Below, piece by piece: positions 38,289-47,492 of a stretch of DNA of 64,000 nucleotides. The notes below the pieces were generated by a model, which worked only from the letters and a program-made list of their open reading frames with translations, ran no database searches and was not told the origin of the DNA. The translations under genes were made by a program, and so were the position numbers. Each line of letters starts with the position of its first letter. Positions within the stretch are counted from its first letter, which is position 1. The stretch comes from Gammaproteobacteria bacterium (lineage in GTDB: Bacteria > Pseudomonadota > Gammaproteobacteria > Eutrophobiales > Eutrophobiaceae), in the NCBI GenBank assembly GCA_965222155.1, contig CBDCTH010000012.1, positions 3,080,441-3,144,440 of the forward strand, read 5' to 3'.

Positions 38289-38852
38289 ATGGATATTGGG
38301 GAACCGATAAAATCACTTGGCACAGTGGACATGGAACCATTGCGCGCACGCATCCTCGCCCAGGAAGAGTCCGCCTGGTATGAACAGAAACTGCGCCAGA
38401 ACGAATATGACGTTCACCGCTATACGGAATCCATCGTGCTGGTTTTTACCGATGGGTCCGGCTGGCCGAATATCGAAGTCAGCAAGCAGCCCGGTTGGGG
38501 GCGGCTGGTCGGGGAGGCCATGCCGTTGATGCACGGGATTATCGGCAGCTTTTATCCGGCCGGCGGTACCATAATCCGCGCCATGGCGGCGAAATTACTT
38601 GCCGGCGGGAAAATCAAGCCCCACCGGGATGCGCATCCGTCATTTCACTACAGTCACCGTATCCATGTTCCCATTACCACCAATCCCCGGGTCCGGTTCA
38701 TGCTCGACGGGCGCCCGTACCGGCTGGAGGTGGGGCAGGCCTACGAAATCAACAACCAGAAAGTACACAGCGTGATGAACAAGGGCACACAGGACAGGAT
38801 TACGTTTATCTTCGATTACGTGCCGCCCGGCGGCCATGCTACGGCGCAGTAA
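38289..38852 (+). CDS. Aspartyl/asparaginyl beta-hydroxylase-family (cupin) protein
   Basis: ...GGKIKPHRDAHPSFHYSHRIHVPITTNPRVRFMLDGRPYRLEVGQAYEINNQKVHSVMNKG..R..FIFDY matches the Asp_Arg_Hydrox pattern. Confidence 0.68.
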   Translation: MDIGEPIKSLGTVDMEPLRARILAQEESAWYEQKLRQNEYDVHRYTESIVLVFTDGSGWPNIEVSKQPGWGRLVGEAMPLMHGIIGSFYPAGGTIIRAMAAKLLAGGKIKPHRDAHPSFHYSHRIHVPITTNPRVRFMLDGRPYRLEVGQAYEINNQKVHSVMNKGTQDRITFIFDYVPPGGHATAQ

Positions 38853-38912
38853 CGCGGGTTGCATAATCGCCGTACAGGACAGGTAAAAAGATGAGCCGGG
38901 GAGTTTATTCAT

Positions 38913-39113
38913 TTTTGCGGGCACACAACCTCCGAACCCTTGACCAGAGGCCATGAACTGTGATCCCTGCCCAATGTCATCATTATACCCCATGTCGCAT
39001 ATATGACTGACCGGAGAATCGAATGCAACCGGCTGGTTGTCACGGAAAATCTGTGCCGCTATATCAATGGCGAGCGCCTGCTGAATGTTGTGGATATCGA
39101 CCGGGGTTATTGA
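38913..39113 (+). pseudogene. C-terminal fragment of a D-isomer-specific 2-hydroxyacid dehydrogenase with an in-frame stop
   Basis: My own translation: ...HTTSEPLTRGHEL*SLPNVIIIPHVAYMTDRRIECNRLVVTENLCRYINGERLLNVVD.... It resembles the family C-terminus EPL..HPL..LPNVI.TPH.A..T.....V.EN......GE.L.N.V. Confidence 0.4.
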
Positions 39114-39133
39114 TCGGAAACCGTATACAGCGC

Positions 39134-40072
39134 ATGCCTGAAAACAAGCCGTATATGCCAAGGTTAATTGCCACCTCCGTAGTGCGCGGCAGCGAGCAGG
39201 GGGACAGCCACGGCGGGATCTTTAGCGTGGATTTCGAGAAGCAGGAAGCATTCCAGCATGTTGACTGGAACACCTCGGAGATTGATTTTTCCGGACGCGG
39301 CTGGGACCGGGGCCTGCGCGGCATCGAGTTTCATAACGACGAGATTTACATTGCCGCCAGCGATGAGTTGTTCGTCTATGACCAGGATTTTCAGATCCGC
39401 CGCTCTTTCAGGAACCCTTATCTCAAACATTGCCATGAGATTTGCAAAAAAGACAACCTGCTGTTTCTGACTTCTACGGGTTATGACAGTATTCTGGTCT
39501 TCGACCTGTCGGCTGAGGAATTTATCTGGGGCCTGTGTCTGGAAAAACAGTATTCCCGGTGGCAGACTCAACGATTTGACCCCCGTTCCACTGAAGGTCC
39601 GGCCCTGGTCAACAACCTGCACCTGAACATGGTTTCCGTACATGATACCGGTGTCTATTTCAGTGGCCTACGCACTGGCGCCCTGCTGCATTTCGGAAAA
39701 GATTTCGAGGTGTCCGAAATCTGTAATTTACCGGCCGGCAATCATAACGCCCGGCCGTTCAGGGATGGGGTCCTGTTCAATGACACAAAATCTGATTGCG
39801 TCCGCTATGTTGGCCGCAACGGTGGTGACCAGGCGTTCAGGATCAGGCGCTACCCGGAACAAGAAATCCGGTTTGCCGGCATTGACGATTCTAAAATAGC
39901 CCGCCAGGGCTTCGGTCGAGGTCTGTGCCCCTTATCGGACAGGTTTATTGCGGGCGGCTCCTCGCCTTCCACGATCAGCGTATACGATCTCTACTCAGGT
40001 AAAATGGTTGTCAGCGTCAATCTGTCCATGGATATCAGGAATGCGATCCACGGCCTGGAAGTCTGGCCGTAG
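39134..40072 (+). CDS. Hypothetical protein, repeat/beta-propeller-like (family uncertain)
   Basis: 312-aa ORF from atg 39134 (MPENKPYMPRLIATSVVRGSEQGDSHGGIF...) with no recognisable catalytic motif. Coding is supported only by its length and the absence of competing features. Confidence 0.45.
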   Translation: MPENKPYMPRLIATSVVRGSEQGDSHGGIFSVDFEKQEAFQHVDWNTSEIDFSGRGWDRGLRGIEFHNDEIYIAASDELFVYDQDFQIRRSFRNPYLKHCHEICKKDNLLFLTSTGYDSILVFDLSAEEFIWGLCLEKQYSRWQTQRFDPRSTEGPALVNNLHLNMVSVHDTGVYFSGLRTGALLHFGKDFEVSEICNLPAGNHNARPFRDGVLFNDTKSDCVRYVGRNGGDQAFRIRRYPEQEIRFAGIDDSKIARQGFGRGLCPLSDRFIAGGSSPSTISVYDLYSGKMVVSVNLSMDIRNAIHGLEVWP

Positions 40073-40134
40073 GCCTAGCCCGGATTTCTCACCAAGCCGC
40101 TTGTTGCCAGCGGATATGAATATCCCATGCATAA

Positions 40135-40159
40135 GGGGACGGATTTGAAATCCGTCCCC
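40135..40159. repeat. 25-nt palindromic repeat, copy H5 (G variant)
   Basis: ggggacggatttgaaatccgtcccc. Together with its flanks it is the reverse complement of the H6 region (53521-53561). Confidence 0.9.
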
Positions 40160-40168
40160 GGAGAGATG

Positions 40169-40357
40169 CATTGCGCCCATCCCCCTGCTCAACTCCATAC
40201 AGAGCTTGCCCCTGCGGTTGTAAGCAGGGGGGCAGGCTCTGGGCGCAACCCTGCGGGCGGCTGTCGCCGTGCATAAATTCGCCTGGAGCTGTTGAACAGT
40301 CGAGCCGCGCGAGACTGGCCCCGACGGGGCAAAGTACAGGACGTACTTTGTAAATCG
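40169..40357 (-). repeat. 189-bp IS5-like remnant, direct repeat of 36258-36446
   Basis: cattgcgcccatccccctgctcaactccatacagagcttgcccctgcggttgtaagcagggggg...gtactttgtaaatcg is shared with only a few mismatches. Confidence 0.85.
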
Positions 40358-40512
40358 GCTATCCTGCCGATTTGTCAGCGCAGCGCCTGCCTGCCGCCTG
40401 CCGTTCACGCTATGGTGCGCCATAGCGTGGCCGTTAATCGGTTCCGGGATGGTGAAAATCAGCACGCACAGTGCGAGCAGACCGGCCAGTAAGCCGAGTA
40501 GTATAAGGATGG

Positions 40513-40718
40513 CAGGGCAAACGCATACTTTTGAATTCAGATGTTTTTGCCCGATTCCGTCATTCTGGCGCAGGCCAGAATCCAGTGAATAACCCTTCAT
40601 TACCCTGAGCCTGCGCTGTTGTTTGACTGGATGCTGGCATTCGCCAGCATGACGGGCGGTGTTGTCCGGTTGGTTTCCTGTCGTCTGCAACAGAATCCAA
40701 AAGTATGCGGTTGCCCTG
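40513..40718. mobile_element. 206-bp MITE, copy 2 (10-bp target-site duplication)
   Basis: Same element as 36873-37078, with one mismatch in the left TIR. The TSD ataaggatgg is at 40503-40512 and 40719-40728. Confidence 0.85.
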
Positions 40719-40863
40719 ATAAGGATGGGACGCATTGATTTTTTATTCCGTGAACCGTTTCAATCTATGCTATGATGCATAATTTACTGCCGTTCTTCGA
40801 TGAAATCATTCTGATTATTTTATAACGTTATACAATTACGCGCCGAAGCTCGCGGATCTTGAA

Positions 40864-40938
40864 TGGGGCGTAGCCAAGTGGTAAGGCACAGGGTTTTGAT
40901 CCCTGCATTCCCAGGTTCGAATCCTGGCGCCCCAGCCA
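40864..40938 (+). tRNA. tRNA-Gln (anticodon UUG)
   Basis: Cloverleaf folded by hand. The acceptor tggggcg pairs with cgcccca. The anticodon stem caggg/ccctg encloses loop ttTTGat. The T-arm is ccagg-ttcgaat-cctgg, and the 3' end is an encoded CCA. Confidence 0.92.
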
Positions 40939-41042
40939 AATAACCCGGATATTGCGCCAGTCCGCTTGGAGGAATACTAAAATTCATCTGACATCAGATA
41001 GTTATATGGTAAATTCTAAATTTTGTAGCTTTACAAACTACG

Positions 41043-41196
41043 CTGGATGCGCCCTCACTTGTCTTTTTTACGCTGACGGGTACGTGCTCCCTCAACCAGA
41101 GTACCAGCTATGCTTTTGGTCGCATGCACCCGTCAGCGTAAAAAATCCTACGTGATCTTCGCATCCACTGGTGCAATATCCGGGTTAACAATCAGC
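41043..41196 (+). repeat. ~155-bp dispersed structured repeat, copy 3
   Basis: Internal stem acgctgacgggt (41079-41090) pairs with acccgtcagcgt (41137-41148). The element ends 12 nt before the prs start. Confidence 0.9.
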
Positions 41197-41207
41197 AGGG
41201 AAAATCA

Positions 41208-42161
41208 ATGTCATTAGACGATGTAATGCTGTTTTCCGGTAACGCTAACCCGGTATTGGCGGTAGATATCGCGCGCAACCTGAATATGCCCCTGGGCAAA
41301 ATCAACGTGGACCGTTTCAGCGACGGCGAGATTATGGTTGAGATTGCAGAGAATGTACGCGGACGGGATGTATTCATCCTGCAATCCCTGTGTTCACCGG
41401 CAAATGATAATTTAATGGAGATGATGATCATTGCGGATGCTTTGAGGAGAGCGTCGGTAGAGCGGGTCACGGCGGTGATTCCCTATATGGGTTATGCCCG
41501 CCAGGATCGCAGGCCCAGGTCAGCCAGGGTTCCTATAACGGCCAAGGTGGTGGCGGATATGATAGGGATCATGGGCATCTCCAGGGTATTGACGGTAGAC
41601 CTTCATGCCGATCAGATTCAGGGGTTTTTTGATATGCCGCTGGATAATGTATATGCATCCCCGGTGTTGTTGGGTGATATATGGAAGCACAAATATGAAA
41701 AACAAATCGTGGTATCCCCTGACGTGGGTGGCGTGGTAAGAGCGCGTGCTATAGCCAAGCGACTCGATGATATGGATTTGGCTATTATCGATAAACGGCG
41801 GCCGAAGGCGAATGAGTCCGAGATAATGAATATTATCGGCGACGTGAGAGGCCGGACCTGCATTATCGTTGATGATATGGTGGACACGGCCGGCACGCTG
41901 TGTAACGCGTCTAACGCCCTCAAGGATTTCGGTGCTGACCAGGTCGTCGCGTACTGTACGCACCCGGTATTGTCCGGCAGGGCGCTCGATAACATCAACG
42001 CATCGAGCCTGGATGAATTGGTCGTCACGGATACCATCCCGTTGCATGAAGCCGCTGCTGAATGTGATAGAATCCGCCAACTCAGTGTAGCCACAATGCT
42101 GGCGGAAAGTATCCGTCGGATTTCTGAAGGTGAATCGCTGAGTTCAATGTTTATTGATTGA
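41208..42161 (+). CDS. prs: Ribose-phosphate pyrophosphokinase
   Basis: [19 protein letters not shown]...DRFSDGE...[12 protein letters not shown]...; 317 aa. Confidence 0.97.
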   Translation: MSLDDVMLFSGNANPVLAVDIARNLNMPLGKINVDRFSDGEIMVEIAENVRGRDVFILQSLCSPANDNLMEMMIIADALRRASVERVTAVIPYMGYARQDRRPRSARVPITAKVVADMIGIMGISRVLTVDLHADQIQGFFDMPLDNVYASPVLLGDIWKHKYEKQIVVSPDVGGVVRARAIAKRLDDMDLAIIDKRRPKANESEIMNIIGDVRGRTCIIVDDMVDTAGTLCNASNALKDFGADQVVAYCTHPVLSGRALDNINASSLDELVVTDTIPLHEAAAECDRIRQLSVATMLAESIRRISEGESLSSMFID

Positions 42162-42171
42162 GAGTTATGAA

Positions 42172-42825
42172 ATGCAAGTTTATGAATTAAAGGCAGAGCC
42201 CCGGAACGAGCTGGGAAAGAGCGCCAGTCGCAGCCTGCGCCGTTCAGGTAGAATCCCCGGCACCGTATATGGGGCAAATAAAGAACCGCAATCCATCTCG
42301 TTGTTACATGATGAGGTATTGCACCAGCTTGAGCATGAGGCTTTTTACTCAAGCATCCTGACCATCAGTGTCAGTGCTGAGAGTGAACGTGTAGTCGTAA
42401 AGGATTTACAAAGACATCCCTATAAACCCGATATTCTGCATATAGATTTTCTGCGTATTGACGAAAAGCAGAAAATTACCATGCGGGTGCCGATACATTT
42501 TCTCAATGAGCAGCAGTGCGTGGGTGTCAAGAGCGGCGGCGGTGTGGTGAGTCGCATCATGACCGAACTGGAAATAAGTTGTTTACCCGGGGACCTTCCT
42601 GAGTATATCGATGTGGACCTGGCAAATGTGAACGTGGGAGAATCCGTGCATCTCAGTGATATCGTGCTGCCTGAGGGAGTAGAAATCTACGCCTTGCAAC
42701 ATGGCGGTGACAGCTCGTCTTCGGTGGCATCCGTGAACGTGCCCAAGATAAGCAGTGACGACATAGAAGAGCAGGAAGAAGAGCAGGAAGAGTTTGAGGA
42801 AGAAAATGAAGCAGACGAAAGCTGA
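42172..42825 (+). CDS. rplY: 50S ribosomal protein L25 / general stress protein Ctc
   Basis: LKAEPRNELGKSASRSLRRSGRIPGTVYG... with an acidic C-terminal tail, lying between prs and pth. Confidence 0.9.
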   Translation: MQVYELKAEPRNELGKSASRSLRRSGRIPGTVYGANKEPQSISLLHDEVLHQLEHEAFYSSILTISVSAESERVVVKDLQRHPYKPDILHIDFLRIDEKQKITMRVPIHFLNEQQCVGVKSGGGVVSRIMTELEISCLPGDLPEYIDVDLANVNVGESVHLSDIVLPEGVEIYALQHGGDSSSSVASVNVPKISSDDIEEQEEEQEEFEEENEADES

Positions 42826-42867
42826 TCCTTTACCATCAACGGCTAACTGAAATCATCTCCTTTCCGG

Positions 42868-43479
42868 GTGAGCGAACCAACCGGGTTGAAACTCATTGCA
42901 GGCCTGGGTAATCCGGGCACAGATTATTCGGCGACGCGTCACAACGCCGGTTTCTGGTTTGTTGACAGGCTTGCCGCTCAACACCAGGTCCGCTTCACCG
43001 CGGAGACGAAATTCTCCGGCGATCTCGCCCGAATCAAGGCTCCCGGAATTAATTGCCTGCTTTTCAAACCGGCCACCTACATGAATAACAGTGGACGCGC
43101 GCTCCGGGCCGTCGCCGATTACTACCGGATTGAGACCACCCAGATCCTGGTTGTCCATGATGAGATAGATCTGGATGCCGGCGTCATTCGTTTGAAAAAG
43201 GGCGGCGGTCATGGCGGACATAAAGGGTTGCGTGACATCAGTGAAAAACTCGGCGATACCGATTACCTGAGACTGAGAATAGGCATGGGCCACCCGGGAA
43301 ATAAAACCAGGGTGCTGGCACACGTACTTGGGCGGCCAGGAAATCAGGATGTGGAATTGATCAATATTGCGCTACAAAGGGGAATGGACATACTGCCGCT
43401 GCTGTTCACCGGAGAACTTGGCAAGGCCATGACCTGCTTGCATACGAATCCTGCACCCAGCACCCCAGCTGGCGATTGA
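42868..43479 (+). CDS. pth: Peptidyl-tRNA hydrolase
   Basis: LIAGLGNPGTDYSATRHNAGFWFVD...HDEIDL..G..RLKKGGGHGGHKGL. Confidence 0.93.
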   Translation: MSEPTGLKLIAGLGNPGTDYSATRHNAGFWFVDRLAAQHQVRFTAETKFSGDLARIKAPGINCLLFKPATYMNNSGRALRAVADYYRIETTQILVVHDEIDLDAGVIRLKKGGGHGGHKGLRDISEKLGDTDYLRLRIGMGHPGNKTRVLAHVLGRPGNQDVELINIALQRGMDILPLLFTGELGKAMTCLHTNPAPSTPAGD

Positions 43480-43598
43480 CAGGATGGGCTAGTATCTTAA
43501 CCCATACCGTACTACAGCCAACCCAAAGGAGCATCAGGCGGCCTTTTACAGGGGTGATTTTGAGGGGGCATCCGTCAACTCCATTGAAGTAACAGGGG

Positions 43599-46500
43599 TT
43601 ATTCCAATGCAACAAGTGCTTGGATTTCCTTGTCTGTCAACTCTGTAATCCACTGCTCGCCGCTGGTTACTGTGAGATTTGCCAGGTCTTTTTTCCCCTG
43701 GATCATCGCATTAATCTTTTCCTCGAAAGTGTTTTCCACAATAAACCGATGCACCTGAACAGCCTGCTTTTGTCCTATTCGATAGGCGCGATCCGTTGCC
43801 TGTGCTTCTACCGCCGGATTCCACCAGAGATCATAGTGAATTACCTGGCTTGCCGCCGTGAGGTTGAGGCCTGTGCCACCCGCCTTCAATGACAAAACCA
43901 TGGCCCGGACCCTTGGGTCATGTTGAAACCTGTCTACCAGTTCATCGCGTTTTTTACGAGACAAGCCGCCGTGAAAGAAAGGCACGTCAATAGAAAACTT
44001 TTGTTTTAAGCTGTCAACCAGTAATTTTCCCATGCTGGCGTACTGGGTAAAAATCAGGACTTTTTCATTCGCATACAGCACTTCTTGCATGATTTCGACA
44101 AACATGGACAACTTGCCGGATTCCTCGATGCGGGCTTGATCATGGTTGAGAAATTGTGCGGGTGTATTGCAAATTTGCTTTAATGCATTAATCAGTTTGA
44201 AAATGATTCCCCTACGTTCAATATCCGTATCGCTGGATTTGAGATCAGCCATGATGGTATCAACCATACTTTGATATAAAGATGCCTGCTCTGTACTGAG
44301 TGTACAATAACGGTCACTTTCCACTTTATCCGGTAGATCATCGATAATGGATTTATCGCTCTTCAGGCGTCTGAGAATAAAAGGACCGGTCAGCTTACGG
44401 AATCTCTCCAAACAGGCTTGATCCCGATCTTTTTCAATCGGACTCGCCAGTGTTTCCTGAAACTTTTTCCGGGTGCCCAGATAACCTTTGTTGGTAAAGT
44501 CAAATACGCTCCAGTACTCCCTTAATCGGTTCTCAACAGGGGTGCCGCTCAGACCGATACAGTTGTCAGCCTTGAGTTTTTTGGTGGCCTTAGCCTGTTG
44601 GCTGTCCGGGTTCTTGATGTTCTGCGCTTCGTCGATGACCAGCGTTCGCCAATGTGGCTTGCCCAGGGTCGTACTGTCAGAGCGAACCACGCCATAGCTG
44701 GTCAGGATAACGTCGTGCGCGGTATCCAGTGAACGTTGATTACCGTGATAAACCTGCACTTTGAGCGTTGGCGCAAAACGTTCGATTTCTTTTCGCCAGT
44801 TGGTCAACAAAGACGTCGGAGCGACGACCAATGCCTTGTGCCTGGCCAATTGCCCCGTCTCTTTTTGACGCAGCAACAACGTGATTACTTGCAGGGTTTT
44901 ACCCAAGCCCATATCGTCTGCCAACAAGGACCCGAACCCGACACGAGCATTCTGTGCCAGCCACTCAAATCCGCGTTTTTGATAAGGACGCAGGTCAGCC
45001 CTCAGCCCTTCCGGCTCAGGTTCCGGCGTTGTCTGGAATAATCGTTCAAACAGTTGGCGGGCAGAGTCGCTCAAATCGACGTCGGCGCCATCAAGATGCC
45101 CGGAAAGCCCGGCCTGTAGCAATTGTATGCGCGAGAGAGATTTCGGTAAGCGACTTAGCTTCCTCAACAGTTGTTGTAATTTGTTGTCATCCAGCATCAC
45201 ATACTGGTCCTGGAACCTGATGAGACCTGAGGCGCCTTTCAGGAGTTGCTGAAATTTGCTGATGCTGATGCGCTGATCACCTAGCGCCACCTGCCAGTTG
45301 AAGTGCAACAATTCATCCAGGTTGAGATAGCTCACCGAAGCGCTTTGATTGCTGACGGAAAGCGACAAACTCAACTTCGGATAAATCAGGTTGCGTAAAC
45401 TCTTTGGCAGGGTCAATTGGATGCCAAGCATTTTCAGGGACGGCAGGATGTCCAGAAAAAACGGTGTGAACGCCTGTAGCGAGTAGGTAAGTTGTTCATT
45501 TACGGATGTTGTTTGATACAACCGTTCAATATCAGGGAAGTAATCCGCAAGTAACGCCAGGTCAGCCAGCACACTGACCTTAGCCTCTGACAAGGTGTTA
45601 TCCTTGGATAAATCGCCCAGGGAAAATATCCGGTGGTCGAGTTCAATTCGAAGATCAATACCCAGCAGCCCTGAATCCCGGTGCGCTTCGTTTCGCCCTG
45701 TCAGCTCCTCAACGAGCAAATGGAGCCGATGTTTTCGCTCTCCCAGCGTAAGGCGGCGCAACCAATGACGGATAACTTTGGGGTAAACAACAGTCTCGAA
45801 CTGGTTAAACAGACACGCTGAGTTGGTGAAGAACAATCGACAAATTTCTTCCTCCAACAGTTGAGCAGGCGCCGCATCCATGGCCTGCTCCATAAAAAAG
45901 CCAATGATAACGTTTAATGCCGTATTCACCTGCGTTTTACCATCTGCATATTGACACTGGGGCTGTTTCCGGTTTTGAAGTGCGTACCTGGACACAACAA
46001 GATCAGGCGGGCAAAGCGAATACAGTTGCTCCAGTATCTGTTTCACCGACCGGTCCAAAAGCGCAGGCTGCCAGTGGACCAAGGTATAATCATCTGCTTC
46101 CATAAAGACAGCGGGGATACAGGCCCGCTGCACAACCAGTTTGACCGCCAGGCGATATAACAACTGCCACATCAGCGCCTGGTGGAAGTCTCGCGCTTCT
46201 GCCGGGCTTAAGGTGCAACGCAGTCGCGCCAACATTGCCAGCCACTCGTCACGTTGATGCAAACTTTGCTCAGGACTCATACCTTGCACGGACAAAAACC
46301 GGCCGCTTGCCCCGACAATGAGTTGAGTGAGTGAAAACGTAGCGACCTCGATGGTATTTTCATCACTCGAATCCGCTGTTTTTTCAAATTGTCTGGCGAC
46401 GCGAGCCGTCCGTTTATAAAAATCAGCCAAGACTTGCCGGAAATCCTTGTGATAGAACAGAGGTTTTTCACTCAGAATCCCCAGAATACGATCGCCCAAA

Positions 46501-47141
46501 TCAGGAATCGTGGTGAGATCAAAAGATTCAAAGACAGGTTGTTCAGGTAATGCCTTGTGTTGTGCAACAGGCGCTTTTTGCCAGGCTGCGGATAGTTGCG
46601 GTGGGGAACTCATTTCCTGAATCGCGACGCCGGTCTGTTTTTCAATAGCTTTGGCCAAATTCATGTGGTGGAGTTGAAATACCAGGAATGGATTTTTATC
46701 AATTTCATTCGCGACCAGGTAAATGACCGCGGCGATGTGCTTACAAGGTATCGCCCAATCCGGACAGGAACAACTCGCTTTCATGTCACCCCAACTTTTC
46801 GGGAAGAGCGGAATGTTGTGATCGTCCATCAAGGTCAACATCTGTGCGGGCAACTGCCGGTTCAACAGCCTGGCTAAAATGGCCGGACTTTGGCTGACGG
46901 CGGTTAAAATCGAAGTTTGCTGCTGTTTGGAAAACGTGGGCAGGTGGATCTTGACTGTATAGGGCGCGGAGCGTCGTCCTTGCACGTTTGCTCGAATGGT
47001 GGCGCCTTGAAACCCGATGCCGGATACCGAACCATTACCGGCATAGCGCCGCCCACGAGGCAGTCGGTTGCCGTAGTCGATACCATTAAAGGCCGCAAGC
47101 CACTGCGTTCCCCACCAGGTCTGACCATACTGAACAGCCAT
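43599..47141 (-). CDS. SNF2-family helicase with an N-terminal SWIM zinc finger
   Basis: SWIM signature CSCPDWAIPCKHIAAVIYL near the N-terminus. SNF2 motifs LADDMGLGKTLQ and VIDEAQNIKN, and helicase-C ...LKAGGTGLNLTAASQVIHYDLWWNP..E.QA.DRAYRIGQ. ~1180 aa. Confidence 0.85.
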   Translation of the reverse strand: MAVQYGQTWWGTQWLAAFNGIDYGNRLPRGRRYAGNGSVSGIGFQGATIRANVQGRRSAPYTVKIHLPTFSKQQQTSILTAVSQSPAILARLLNRQLPAQMLTLMDDHNIPLFPKSWGDMKASCSCPDWAIPCKHIAAVIYLVANEIDKNPFLVFQLHHMNLAKAIEKQTGVAIQEMSSPPQLSAAWQKAPVAQHKALPEQPVFESFDLTTIPDLGDRILGILSEKPLFYHKDFRQVLADFYKRTARVARQFEKTADSSDENTIEVATFSLTQLIVGASGRFLSVQGMSPEQSLHQRDEWLAMLARLRCTLSPAEARDFHQALMWQLLYRLAVKLVVQRACIPAVFMEADDYTLVHWQPALLDRSVKQILEQLYSLCPPDLVVSRYALQNRKQPQCQYADGKTQVNTALNVIIGFFMEQAMDAAPAQLLEEEICRLFFTNSACLFNQFETVVYPKVIRHWLRRLTLGERKHRLHLLVEELTGRNEAHRDSGLLGIDLRIELDHRIFSLGDLSKDNTLSEAKVSVLADLALLADYFPDIERLYQTTSVNEQLTYSLQAFTPFFLDILPSLKMLGIQLTLPKSLRNLIYPKLSLSLSVSNQSASVSYLNLDELLHFNWQVALGDQRISISKFQQLLKGASGLIRFQDQYVMLDDNKLQQLLRKLSRLPKSLSRIQLLQAGLSGHLDGADVDLSDSARQLFERLFQTTPEPEPEGLRADLRPYQKRGFEWLAQNARVGFGSLLADDMGLGKTLQVITLLLRQKETGQLARHKALVVAPTSLLTNWRKEIERFAPTLKVQVYHGNQRSLDTAHDVILTSYGVVRSDSTTLGKPHWRTLVIDEAQNIKNPDSQQAKATKKLKADNCIGLSGTPVENRLREYWSVFDFTNKGYLGTRKKFQETLASPIEKDRDQACLERFRKLTGPFILRRLKSDKSIIDDLPDKVESDRYCTLSTEQASLYQSMVDTIMADLKSSDTDIERRGIIFKLINALKQICNTPAQFLNHDQARIEESGKLSMFVEIMQEVLYANEKVLIFTQYASMGKLLVDSLKQKFSIDVPFFHGGLSRKKRDELVDRFQHDPRVRAMVLSLKAGGTGLNLTAASQVIHYDLWWNPAVEAQATDRAYRIGQKQAVQVHRFIVENTFEEKINAMIQGKKDLANLTVTSGEQWITELTDKEIQALVALE

Positions 47142-47492
47142 AATTTTGATAGTGATCCCTGAAACCAACCAATACCGACTATTTTAATGGTTGAACAACT
47201 CGAAGCAACGAAATCCGTTCTATATGCGCCGGAAAAACTCTTCAACTTTTTATCCTGTATCCTATCCATCAATGTGAACCACATTCAGTCATCCACAAAT
47301 GTATTTATCCAAGAGATTGTTTCCCACTATCTTATTATGTCTGCTACTCTCGACCTGTAGTGACAGAGGGCAACTGTAGCAAGGCATTGATACCTGTTGC
47401 GACGTTTTGACCACACTTTCAGTCACACCTGTGTTGATTTGAGTATGCTTGTGCGCCAAAGGGCTATGATACGCCCGACGTGTAAATAAAAA

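Noticed and set aside
38640-39161. 173-aa minus-strand ORF overlapping the Asp beta-hydroxylase gene end and the following spacer
   Set aside because: It overlaps a well-supported plus-strand gene, and the spacer part is better explained by the plus-strand dehydrogenase fragment. It has no recognisable motifs.
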